This document shows positions 39,814-53,613 of a DNA stretch of 64,000 bases, piece by piece; position 1 is the first letter of the stretch, and each line of letters begins with the position of its first letter. Source of the DNA: Eledone cirrhosa (taxonomy: Eukaryota); contig OZ024747.1 of the NCBI GenBank assembly GCA_964016885.1, positions 6,138,001-6,202,000 of the forward strand, given 5' to 3'. The position numbers and the translations under genes are program-made. The notes below the pieces were generated by a model. It was not told the origin of the DNA. It was given only the letters and a program-made list of their open reading frames with translations, and searched no databases.

Positions 39814-39908
39814 GAAATCCACGTAAACAAAGCTGTGAACCAAACAAAAGTGACAAAAATAAACACCGAAGACATATACACCAGTCACATCCAGATGCAT
39901 GTATATAG
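39814..39908 (+). CDS. ATRN: Attractin-like, terminal coding exon
   Basis: Long pyrimidine tract plus ccacag| acceptor. Phase 1 joins the previous exon (G|GA). Encodes GNPRKQSCEPNKSDKNKHRRHIHQSHPDACI-TAG; vertebrate ATRN also ends in -CI. Confidence 0.88.
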
Positions 39909-42900
39909 CAAAGTTTAGTCTATATATATATATATATATATAGACATATATATATATATATATATACACATATATATATATATATATATGTATAACATAT
40001 ACACACACAGATGTATATATATATACACACTCATAGGCAGACACACACACACACATACACACACTCGTGTCCACGTATACACATTTGTGGTGTGAAGGCG
40101 TGCGTGCGTGCATGCATGTGTGTATGTGTGTGTGTGTGTGTGTTCTTTCAGGTGCTTTGTGTGTGTGTGTGTGTGTGTGTATGTGTGTGTGATAATGATA
40201 ATTAATTAAATAATAATAATAATAATAAATTCAACAAATTTGTAAATAGTGATATATATAAAAAATTAAAAGACACAAAAAAACATTTGCAACAAAAAGA
40301 AACTCCAAAACAACAACAGACAACAACAACAGCAGCAGCAGAAGCCACCAAAGACATGTAAAACATCACCAAACTTGACTATATATTGATGATGATGGTG
40401 TGGTGGTGATGATAGTGTTGATGATGTGGTGGTGATGGTGTGATGGTAATGTGGTGGTGATGGTGATGGTAAGAAACTCCAAAACAGACAAACAAAAGCC
40501 ATGTAAAAAAAATCACCATACTTGACTATATGATGATGATGATGGTGATATGGTGGTGAAGATGATGAGATGATGGTGGTGGTGAAGATGTGGTGGTGGT
40601 GGTGGTGAAGATGTGATGGTGGTGGTGGTAATGTTGGTCATTTGTTGATCTATGGTGATGGTGGTCTGATCAGCAACAACAACAATAATAATAATAATAA
40701 TAATAGATAATATATTCTTTATGAATCACAAAGAGTTCACAGAAGGAAAACATTAGAGACAGTACAGGATGTTACTACAGGCTAACTGTGGCAGGGTTGG
40801 GTCTTCCCCTGTGTAAAACTACAGCAAAAATGTCTTGTCAACAACTACAACAATAATAATTGTTTGATATTAAAAAAAAAAAAATCAAATATAAAATATT
40901 ACAAAAATACAACAAAAACAGATTTTTTTTAATCAACTTTGTGAAGAAAAAAAGGCAGAAAATAAGAAAGAAATGAAGAGAAAGGATGAATGCCACCACA
41001 CCACCATCAACAACAGAGGATTACTCCGGAGATGAGAGATATTTTGGTCAATTATGACAAAATGGCAGACAAACGTTGACTGAAGGGGGGGGGGGGGTCT
41101 TTTTATTTTGCATTTTGTTTTTTCTTGTTTTTTTATGTTTTTCTTTTTTTATTGTTGACCATTGAAATGTAGAATTGTGACCTTGAGTGTGAACGTGACC
41201 CTTTGAGTGAGTGATTGTGAGTGTGAGTGTGAAGGAACTGTAAGATTAAGATTTAAAAGTTTCAAATCTCGGTGTTTCTTTCCATTTGAATTTATGGAAG
41301 TTTCTTTTTCTACTACTTGTAATTATTATTATTATTGGAATGGCAGAATCGGTAGAGCGTCGGACAACATGCTTAGCGGCATAGAGTTAAGGCACTTTGC
41401 GTTCTGAGTTCAAATCCCGCTGAGGTTAGCTTTGCCTTTCATCCTTACAGGGTCGATAAAATAAAGTACCAGTCATGCACTGGGGTCGATCTAATCGACT
41501 TTCCCCTCCCCCAAAATTGTTGGCCTTGTGCCTATATCAGAAACTATTATTATTAATGTTATTGTTGTTGTTGTTGTTAAGATGGTGGTTTGGCAGAATT
41601 GTTAGAGCCAGACAAATGTTTTTTTTAGTATTTGTAGCAGCCCTTTATGTTCTGAGTTCAAATCCCACCAGGGTCAACTTTGCAGCATAGAGTTACAGCC
41701 CTTTATGTTCTGAGTTCAAATCCCACCAGGGTCAACTTTGCAGCATAGAGTTACAGCCCTTTATGTTCTGAGTTCAAATCCCACCAGGGTCAACTTTGCC
41801 GTTCATAATTACTGGGTTAATAAAATGAAGTACCAGTCATTTACTGGGATCAATTAACCCCACACACACAACACACATTGGTGGCCTTGGGCCTAAATTA
41901 GAAACCATTATTAAGAGAGTGGTGGAGGGTGGTGTTAAAAATGGGTGGAGCATCGGATACCGTGAAATATTTCAAGTGTAACGGTTCGGCATTTCAGGTT
42001 CAAATTCTATTGAGGTTGAAAGTACCAGTCATACACTGGGGATTGGTTTTGTTGACTAGTCCCCCCCCTCCCCACGCCACCCCCCCCCCCCCCCGAATTT
42101 GTGGGGTCAATGCTAGAAGCCATAGTAATTATGGCAGGAATGTGGTGGTGGAGTGGCCACACTAGTGAAGGGCTGATATTGTGGAGTGGCGGCAGAATAT
42201 AGTGGAGTAGAGGCATTAAATGTGGAGTGATGGTAGACAGTGTAGTGAGGGCAGATACAGTGGAGTGGTGGCTGATATAGTGGAGTGTTGGTACAATGTA
42301 CCAGTGTTGTATTGGGGACTATTTATAACATCATTCTTCAAGAAGATTTGTGGGTTTGTGTCCCTTTTAGAAATAATAATTGTCATTCTTCCTCTCCTCT
42401 TACTCCTTCCTGCACTGGTTATCATCATCATGTGCTCTACTAGTTGTGGTGGTAGGTGTGGTGTGGTGTGTTGTGGTGGTAGTAGTGGTGTGGTGTGTTG
42501 TAGTAGTAGTGGTGTGGTGGTGGTGGTGGTAGTAGTGGAGTGTTGTGGTGGTGGTGGTGTGGTGTGTTGTGGTGGTGGTGGTAGTAATAGTAGTGGTGGT
42601 GGTGTGGTGTGTTGTAGTGATAGTAGTGGCATGTGTTGTGGTGATAGTAGTGGTGGTGGTGGTGGTGTGTTGTGTGTCTGATGATTGTTGTAATTTTTGC
42701 TATTACCACCAGCTACTACTACTACTGCTACTACTACCACCCCTCACTACAGTCATCACTACTCCCCCTCACACACATTCCCACAGGAGTTTCAAGGTGG
42801 GGTGGAGTGGAGTGTGTGTGTGTGTGTGGGGGGGGGGGGGGGGACACTAGCTGCAATAAAGAATTGATGTGGTTAATCCCAACTGAATAAATAAATGGCA

Positions 42901-43575
42901 GCAACATCATTATCACTGCAGCCACCACCACCTCCTCCACCTCCACTACCACTACCCCCTCCACCTCCACTACCACTACCACCGTCAGCAGCAGCACCAC
43001 CACCACTACCACCATCAACAACAATGCTACCACCCCCACCACCACTACAATCCACACTACCATCAACACCACCATCAATAATGCTACCACCACCACCACC
43101 ACCACCACCACCACCATCAACATCATCAACAACAACAATCCTACCACCATCACCACCTCTACAATACACACCACTACCATCAACACCACCATCAACAACA
43201 TTACTACCACCACCATCACCATCACCATGTGTCTTGGGGCAGGAACCCAGACTTCCTTTGCAGCACCACTGCAGCAGGACAGTGCAATGGTATGCACTAG
43301 TGTTGCAGTGTTGGTGCAACTTGTGTAATAATACTGTGATAGAGTAGTAGGTCCTTATATTTTCACTTGTTCATGTGTCTACATACGTTTTCACACATAC
43401 ACACACATACACACACATACATATGCACACACATTATACATACATATATACATATTTTATACACACACACACATACACATACACATATACATATATACAT
43501 ATACATATATTTATATACATATCAGGATTAAACCAATATTAAACTAGTAAGACTATTATTCAACAGAGTACTCAA

Positions 43576-43730
43576 TACTTGGGATAGTAGAGTGTGACTA
43601 TATTAGAAAGAGTCGTGACTCGGCAGCTGAGCTCTTGTTATTTCGACAGCTAATTCCTGTCGAAATGGCAAGAGTTCGACCATTGGGTCCCGACTCTTTC
43701 TAATATAGGCACTCTACTATCCCAAGTATC
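43576..43730. mobile_element. Fold-back/MITE-like element
   Basis: atacttgggatagtagagtg..tattagaaagagtcg / cgactctttctaata..cactctactatcccaagtat. Inner part is shared with hairpin 53518-53613; left flank is shared with 31580-31655. Confidence 0.7.
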
Positions 43731-43827
43731 AAATATTCTTTCTAAGATATATATATATATATATATTTCGTTTCTGAATTTGTTTAGCAAGATTCTTTAT
43801 CTGAAATCGTGTGTTGAAACCGATATT

Positions 43828-44218
43828 GTTATACTTTGGGAGGGTCATGTTGCCAATAAGAAACACACGCACCAGTTGCTTTCACTTCAATTTATTATAT
43901 ATTTATAAATTTATAAATTTACAAATCTACAAACTTATAAATTTCTGGTTGGTTGGTTGGTTCCACAACCAGATAGTTGTTTATATATATAGTCATAGTC
44001 CTTTCGTCACACACTCTGTGACCTCTTCAGTGAAGAGGTCACAGTGTGTGACGAAAGGACTATGACTATATATATAAACAACTATCTGGTTGTGGAACCA
44101 ACCAACCAACCAGAAATTTATAAGTTTGTAGATTTGTAAATTTATAAATATATAATAAATTGAAGCGAAAGCAACTGGTGCGTGTGTTTCTTATTGGCAA
44201 CATGACCCTCCCAAAGTA

Positions 44219-44222
<4 letters not shown>
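43828..44222. repeat. ~395-bp near-perfect palindrome, 1-nt spacer at 44030
   Basis: gttatactttgggagggtcatg...gacctcttca-g-tgaagaggtc...catgaccctcccaaagtataac. Only a few indels or substitutions between arms. Confidence 0.95.
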
Positions 44223-44258
<36 letters not shown>

Positions 44259-44372
44259 GTTGGTAATTCAACAAATATAAATGTTTATAACTGATTCAGA
44301 GCACTGGACAGGTTTTCTGGAGTATAATATATTCAATGATATTAAATGTCAACATTTATAAAACAAACTTTG

Positions 44373-44433
44373 TATTTTATCTGATGAGAGCGTACCAAAG
44401 TTTCAGTACCCTTGAAATATATATAATAGAATA
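44373..44433 (+). ncRNA. Minimal type I hammerhead ribozyme motif
   Basis: Stem I TATTTTAT/ATAGAATA; CTGATGA; stem II GAGCGTAC/GTACCCTT (one mismatch); GAAA; palindromic ATATATAT stem III; AUA triplet. Confidence 0.62.
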
Positions 44434-44797
44434 AATATGGTTTTATAAATAGTTTCCATTTATTTAATATCATTGTGTGTGTGTGTATATATATATATAC
44501 ATATATATACATTTTCCTATACATACCCTTATGTACACACATATGTATTATTTAACCTTTCATGACCATATCTTTAATGAAATACACTCTATTTCAATTA
44601 ATGAAGAATTTTAGAGTGATTTACTAAACTTAAGATAGTAACATAAGCTTCTTATATAAAAATTAGATTCTAATATAAATAGGAAGGAACCCCTTAAAAT
44701 GGGTGGCTTTGTTTCATACAAACCAGAGGTAGTTTGGCCGAGTTGGTATCTAAGGGGGTTAAAGATATGTAAGCCTTACTACATATAACATACATAC

Positions 44798-44828
<31 letters not shown>

Positions 44829-45311
44829 TATGTATAAGTAGAATTGAAGTCAGTGTTGCAGCATATGTAGAAGCTTTATTGACATATTGCAATTGTTTCA
44901 ATATCGATGAGCTGAGGGCACAATCATGATGACTGGGAGATGTTGAAGAAATCCCACTCATTAAGATTATGCCCTGAGCTGATTGATTGATTGATTGATG
45001 TGTGTGTGTGTGTAAACAGAAATAACAACACAATCGGTACAGTATATGGAAGGGATATATTAGGTTAATGCTTGATATAGCAGGAAGGTCTTAACGTTTT
45101 AGATGCCAGTCCTTCATCAGAAGAAAGAGGGGGTAAAGATATGTAAGCCCTACAATATATAGTTATCTAAGGGGTTTAAGATATGTAAGCCCTACATTCA
45201 AGCTTAGATTTTCTTGATGGTAGACAGGGTGAAAGAGTTAAAGAATGGCGTACTAAGTTGAAAAATGGTTTTACTAGTCTCAGTAACATCTTATCTATAC
45301 AAACATACACA

Positions 45312-45361
<50 letters not shown>

Positions 45362-46814
45362 CACACACACACATGTGTATATACATGAAGATTACTTCCC
45401 CTCACATACTAAAGTGATATGTACACCCATATAGCATCAATGCAAGTACATCCACACACACATATACCCAGATCCACATGCATATATATATCCACATTCA
45501 CACATATACGCGCGCGCACACACATCCACTCAGCCACATCTACGCACCCCATCCCTACTCCCCTGTATGTATAAACTTCATAAACCCCCACCCCACTTTT
45601 TTTGTTTATATTTTTACTTTGTTTTTTTTTATGTGAGGCAGCCATTAAAGCAGAAACTTCAGTTTTATTTACTTTTGTTGTTGTTGTTATATTTTTACCA
45701 GGCTGGGGCCCTAGACTGGCCTGTCTATAGGGTTCACTTCACAACCATGGGGTTCTAGGCTTAGTCCTACAGTGTGACATCTTGGACAAGTGTCTTCTAC
45801 TATAGCTGTGAGTTGACCAGTGGAATTTAGTAGACAAAAACTAAAAGACTTGTATTATATGTGTTTATGCTATGTAACTTAGCAGTTCAGCAAAAAGAGA
45901 TTGATAAAATATCAGAATTACAAAAATAAATACTGGTGTTAATATGATTTACTAAATGAAGTTGATGCCCCAGCATGACCACAATCTACTGACTAAAGCC
46001 AGTAAAAGAATCACTGTCACCATGATCTTATAGTTAGTGTTTTGGAATTATTTTTTAAGGTCATGTTCCAATCCCCAGATGAGGTGACGTGTTCTTGGGC
46101 AAGTCACTTCATTTCATGTTCTTCCAGACCACTCGGCTGGAAAAAAAGAAAGCAAAGGAAAACAATGAATACTAGTAATAGGGGAGTTAACTTTGTGAGA
46201 GACTAGCTACACATCCAGATAACCTTTCTCTGTCACTTAATATTTCATGACACAATCATAAAGTTCTTGACTAATGAGCCTCTTGAGACAGATTTAAACT
46301 TTTGCTACCATCACCACCACTGTCACTACAACCACCACCACCACCACCACCAACATTGCCACCACCACTGTCATAACTACAACCACCACTACTAACACCA
46401 CCCCAACCACCACTACTAACACCACCCCAACCACCACTACTAACACCACCCCAACCACCACTACTAACACCACCCCAACCACCACCACAACCACTATCAC
46501 AACCACCACTACTAACACCCCTACCACAACTACCACTATCACCACTACTAACACCCCAACCACTACCACCACCACTGCCACTTATTTCATATTTCTGTTG
46601 GTATGACAGGGGGCCCCCTCCTTCTAATGGAGGTTAAGTGGACTTGTCTAATTAGAGACCATAACTTACAGGGAAGGCGACAAATAGGCGTTAGAACGTT
46701 GGATAGAATACCTTGTAGTATTTGGTTCTCTCTTTGAGTTTAAATCCCGCTATTTTCGTCCTTTCAAGGTCGATAAGTAAAGTACCAGTCGAGTATTAGT
46801 CAAGTCTTCCTCGA

Positions 46815-47605
46815 TATCTCTCTCTCACTCCCTCTATATATCTCTCTCTCACTCCCTCTATATATCTCTCTCTCACTCCCTCAATCTCTCTCTCACTCCC
46901 TCTATATCTCTCTCTCACTCCCTCTATATCTCTCTCTCTCTCTCACTCCCTCTATATCTCTCTCTCTCTCCCTCTATATCTCTCTCTCTCTCCCTCTATA
47001 TCTCTCTCTCACTCCCTCTATATCTCTCTCTCACTCCCTCTATATCTCTCTCTCACTCCCTCTATATCTCTCTCTCACTCCCTCTATATCTCTCTCTCAC
47101 TCCCTCTGTCTCTCTCACTCCCTCTATGTCTCTCTCTCCCTCTATGTCTCTCTCTCTCTCTATGTCTCTCTCTCTCTCACTCCCTCTATGTCTATCTCTC
47201 TCTCACTCCCTCTATGTCTATCTCTCTCTCACTCCCTCTATGTCTATCTCTCTCTCACTTCCTCTATGTCTATCTCTCTCTCACTTCCTCTATATCTCTC
47301 TCTCTCTCACTTCCTCTATATCTCTCTCTCTCTCACTTCCTCTATATCTCTCTCTCTCTCACTTCCTCTATATCTCTCTCTCTCTCACTTCCTCTATCTC
47401 TCACTTCCTCTATCTCTCACTTCCTCTCTCTCTCTCACTCACTCTTTATATATCTCACTTTCTCTCTCTCTCTCACTTCCTCTCTCTCTCTATATATATA
47501 TATCTTACTTCCTCTCTCTCACTCTTTATATATCTCACTTCCTCTCTCTCTCTCTCACTCTTTATCTCTCACTCTATATCTCTATCTATCTCTCTCTCTC
47601 TCTCC
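46815..47605. repeat. CT-rich compound repeat (ctctctcactccctctatat)n
   Basis: Direct reading. Confidence 0.92.
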
Positions 47606-47959
47606 CAGAAACCAGTTGTATTTAGACCTGGAGAGGGTTGGCCTCTGCCAGGTTTAAACTTCCCAAGACATGCTGTATATTACTACGGTGCCCCTAAGAC
47701 ACTATCGGTAGTTAAGTGTCCATACATACACAATTTAGAGGGGGGAAAAAACTTACCCCTGCATCTAAAATGGCTGTGAATATATTAAAAAATAGGGGTT
47801 TGGTGGGAGACTTCCCCCTAACTAGGGGTATGTATCTTTTCCCCTCCACCCATATCTCCAGTCCCTGGAAGTAGGTGGAGTGTGGGTTTGTCTGATGGGG
47901 AACTACTGATATGATCTAAGGGGATAACTACGAGAATTTCTTAAGCAAGACTCAGTGCT

Positions 47960-50900
47960 GTATATAATGACTGAATGAGGATATATAATATATACACAGT
48001 GGGGTGTATATAATGACTGAATAAGGATATATAATATATACACAGTGGGGTATATATAATGACTGAATAAGGATATATAATATATACACAGTGGGGTATA
48101 TATAATGACTGAATAAGGATATATAATATATACACAGTGGGGTATATATAGTGACTGAATAAGGATATATAATATATACACAGTGGGGTATATATAATGA
48201 CTGAATAAGGATATATAATATATACACAGTGGGGTATATATAATGACTGAATGAGGATATATAATATATACACAGTGGGGTATATATAGTGACTGAATAA
48301 GGATATATAATATATACACAGTGGGGTATATATAGTGACTGAATGAGGATATATAATATATACACAGTGGGGTATATATAGTGACTGAATGAGGATATAT
48401 AATATATACACAGTGGGGTATATATAGTGACTGAATGAGGATATATAATATATACACAGTGGGGTATATATAGTGACTGAATGAGGATATATAATATATA
48501 CACAGTGGGGTATATATAATGACTGAATGAGGATATATAAAATATACACAGTGGGGTATATATAATGACTGAATAAGGATATATAATATATACACAGTGG
48601 GGTATATATAATGACTGAATGAGGATATATAATATATACACAGTGGGGGTATATATAGTGACTGAATGAGGATATATAAAATATACACAGTGGGGTATAT
48701 ATAGTGACTGAATAAGGATATATAATATATACACAGTGGGGTATATATAGTGACTGAATGAGGATATATAAAATATACACAGTGGGGTATATATAGTGAC
48801 TGAATAAGGATATATAAAATATACACAGTGGGGTATATATAGTGACTGAATAAGGATATATAAAATATACACAGTGGGGTATATATAATGACTGAATAAG
48901 GATATATAAAATATACACAGTGGGGTATATATAGTGACTGAATAAGGATATATAATATATACACAGTGGGGGTATATATAGTGACTGAATGAGGATATAT
49001 AATATATACACAGTGGGGTGTATATAATGACTGAATAAGGATATATAAAATATACACAGTGGGGTATATATAGTGACTGAATAAGGATATATAAAATATA
49101 CACAGTGGGGTATATATAATGACTGAATAAGGATATATAATATATACACAGTGGGGTGTATATAATGACTGAATAAGGATATATAAAATATACACAGTGG
49201 GGTATATATAGTGACTGAATAAGGATATATAAAATATACACAGTGGGGTATATATAGTGACTGAATGAGGATATATAATATATACACAGTGGGGTATATA
49301 TAATGACTGAATGAGGATATATAATATATACACAGTGGGGTATATATAATGACTGAATGAGGATATATAATATATATACACAGTGGGGTATATATAATGA
49401 CTGAATGAGGATATATAATATATATACACAGTGGGGTGTATATAGTGACTGAATGAGGATATATAAAATATACACAGTGGGGGTATATATAGTGACTGAA
49501 TAAGGATATATAAAATATACACAGTGGGGTATATATAGTGACTGAATGAGGATATATAATATATACACAGTGGGGTATATATAATGACTGAATGAGGATA
49601 TATAATATATACACAGTGGGCTGTATATAATGACTGAATGAGGATATATAATATATATACACAGTGGGGTGTATATATAATGACTGAATGAGGATATATA
49701 ATATATACACAGTGGGCTGTATATAATGACTGAATGAGGATATATAATATATACACAGTGGGGTGTATATAATGACGGAATGAGGATATATAATATATAC
49801 ACAGTGGGGTGTATATAATGACTGAATGAGGATATATAATATATACACAGTGGGCTGTATATAATGACTGAGGAGATATAATATATACACAGTGGGCTGT
49901 ATATAATGACTGAATGAGGATATATAATATATACACAGTGGGGTGTATATATAATGACTGAATGAGGATATATAATATATACACAGTGGGGTGTATATAA
50001 TGACTGAATGAGGATATATAATATATACACAGTGGGGTGTATATAATGACGGAATGAGGATATATAATATATACACAGTGGGGTGTATATAATGACTGAA
50101 TGAGGATATATAATATATACACAGTGGGGTATATATAATGACTGAATGAGGATATATAATATATACACAGTGGGGTATATATAATGACTGAATAAGGATA
50201 TATAATATATACACAGTGGGGTATATATAATGACTGAATAAGGATATATAATATATACACAGTGGGGTATATATAGTGACTGAATAAGGATATATAATAT
50301 ATACACAGTGGGGTATATATAATGACTGAATAAGGATATATAATATATACACAGTGGGGTATATATAATGACTGAATGAGGATATATAATATATACACAG
50401 TGGGGTATATATAGTGACTGAATAAGGATATATAATATATACACAGTGGGGTATATATAGTGACTGAATGAGGATATATAATATATACACAGTGGGGTAT
50501 ATATAGTGACTGAATGAGGATATATAATATATACACAGTGGGGTATATATAGTGACTGAATGAGGATATATAATATATACACAGTGGGGTATATATAGTG
50601 ACTGAATGAGGATATATAATATATACACAGTGGGGTATATATAATGACTGAATGAGGATATATAAAATATACACAGTGGGGTATATATAATGACTGAATA
50701 AGGATATATAATATATACACAGTGGGGTATATATAATGACTGAATGAGGATATATAATATATACACAGTGGGGGTATATATAGTGACTGAATGAGGATAT
50801 ATAAAATATACACAGTGGGGTATATATAGTGACTGAATAAGGATATATAATATATACACAGTGGGGTATATATAGTGACTGAATGAGGATATATAAAATA

Positions 50901-52250
50901 TACACAGTGGGGTATATATAGTGACTGAATAAGGATATATAAAATATACACAGTGGGGTATATATAGTGACTGAATAAGGATATATAAAATATACACAGT
51001 GGGGTATATATAATGACTGAATAAGGATATATAAAATATACACAGTGGGGTATATATAGTGACTGAATAAGGATATATAATATATACACAGTGGGGGTAT
51101 ATATAGTGACTGAATGAGGATATATAATATATACACAGTGGGGTGTATATAATGACTGAATAAGGATATATAAAATATACACAGTGGGGTATATATAGTG
51201 ACTGAATAAGGATATATAAAATATACACAGTGGGGTATATATAATGACTGAATAAGGATATATAATATATACACAGTGGGGTGTATATAATGACTGAATA
51301 AGGATATATAAAATATACACAGTGGGGTATATATAGTGACTGAATAAGGATATATAAAATATACACAGTGGGGTATATATAGTGACTGAATGAGGATATA
51401 TAATATATACACAGTGGGGTATATATAATGACTGAATGAGGATATATAATATATACACAGTGGGGTATATATAATGACTGAATGAGGATATATAATATAT
51501 ATACACAGTGGGGTATATATAATGACTGAATGAGGATATATAATATATATACACAGTGGGGTGTATATAGTGACTGAATGAGGATATATAAAATATACAC
51601 AGTGGGGGTATATATAGTGACTGAATAAGGATATATAAAATATACACAGTGGGGTATATATAGTGACTGAATGAGGATATATAATATATACACAGTGGGG
51701 TATATATAATGACTGAATGAGGATATATAATATATACACAGTGGGCTGTATATAATGACTGAATGAGGATATATAATATATATACACAGTGGGGTGTATA
51801 TATAATGACTGAATGAGGATATATAATATATACACAGTGGGCTGTATATAATGACTGAATGAGGATATATAATATATACACAGTGGGGTGTATATAATGA
51901 CGGAATGAGGATATATAATATATACACAGTGGGGTGTATATAATGACTGAATGAGGATATATAATATATACACAGTGGGCTGTATATAATGACTGAGGAG
52001 ATATAATATATACACAGTGGGCTGTATATAATGACTGAATGAGGATATATAATATATACACAGTGGGGTGTATATATAATGACTGAATGAGGATATATAA
52101 TATATACACAGTGGGGTGTATATAATGACTGAATGAGGATATATAATATATACACAGTGGGGTGTATATAATGACGGAATGAGGATATATAATATATACA
52201 CAGTGGGGTGTATATAATGACTGAATGAGGATATATAATATATATACAGT
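47960..52250. repeat. 46-bp satellite, ~93 copies, made of two ~2125-bp near-identical halves
   Basis: Unit tatataatgactgaatgaggatatataatatatacacagtggggta. Rare variants recur at +2125 bp. Confidence 0.96.
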
Positions 52251-53517
52251 GTTGTCTTTACCTATATATTAAGATAATGTAGCTGTTTACCTCTATACCT
52301 ATATATGTAACAGGTAATCTAGCTATCTACCTGTATATTAACAGGTAATCTAGCTGTATATTAACAGGTAATCCACTTATCTTACCTGTATATTTATCAG
52401 GTATTCCACATAGCTAGATTACCTGTTACAGGTAAGATATCTACCTGTAAATATAACAGGTAAGAACAGCTAATTTAGAGAGCATTGATGAGATCTCACC
52501 GCCGCTTTCTATTGTAGTGTGGTATATATACAGTGGTGTATATATGTTGATAGAGCGAGACTATATAATATATACACCCACAAGTATGTATGAGGTATTG
52601 ATTATAAGGGTATATAATATATACACAGTGGTGTATATATTGACAGAATGAGGGTATATAATATATACACTGGTTTATATATTGACAGAATGAGGGTATA
52701 TAATATATACACTGTGGTGAATATATCTTGATAGAACGAGTATGTATGAGGTATTGATTATAAGGGTATATAATATAGACACTGTGGTGTATATATTGAT
52801 AGATACTTTATAGTATATACACCCTCAGAGTTATGTATGAGGTGTTGAAATGTGTATAAATATATACAGTTTGATGTATATGTTGATAGATATAGGCTAT
52901 ATGGTATATACACCCAGAGATATGTATGAGGTGTTGACAAAAAATGTATAAATATATATGCAGTGTGGTGTATATAACAGAAAGAGGCTATATGATACAC
53001 ACAGGTGTTGACAATAGGTGTATAAATATATACATAGTTTGATGTTTATGTTGACAGAAAGAGGCTGTATAATATATATATATATATACACCCACAGATA
53101 TGTAGGTGGTGTTGACAATATGTATAAATATATACACAGTGGTGTATATATTGGCAGAAAGTCACTATATAATATATACACTGAGTGTGGTGTATATATT
53201 ATATGTTCAGAGAAAGAGGTTATTTAATAAATTCATGTTTCTTTTTTCTAATCAGTGTTGTATTTTTGTTATTGTAGATTTCTGTGTTTGTGTGAACACA
53301 AGATGGCGAAAGGGTGAAGGAGTTTGTTTCACAATCATTAGGTCCTCGGTTCAATCCTATGACATGGCATCTTCGGGCTAATGTTATTTACCAAAGCTTT
53401 GGGTTGACCTATGTCTTGTGAGCAAGATTGGATAGCTAGATATAAAAGTATGTATGTATGTATGTATGTGTGTGTGTGCGTGCGTGCGTGCGTGCGTACG
53501 TACGTATGAAAAATTTA

Positions 53518-53613
53518 GGACCCCGACAGCTGAGCTCCTGCTGTTTCAACAACTAAGTCCAAACTCATTCAGTCCTTGCTGATGAAATGGCAGGAGCTCA
53601 GCAGTCGGGGTCT
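53518..53613. mobile_element. Hairpin/MITE-like repeat
   Basis: ggaccccgacagctgagctcctgctgtttca / tgaaatggcaggagctcagcagtcggggtct. Confidence 0.7.

Noticed and set aside
39909-43000. Attractin poly(A) signal candidates
   Set aside because: Several AATAAA hexamers in AT-rich or SINE sequence; cannot choose without transcript data.
47903-52201. Three 1385-1432-aa minus-strand ORFs
   Set aside because: Translations of a 46-bp satellite that lacks stops in all three frames.
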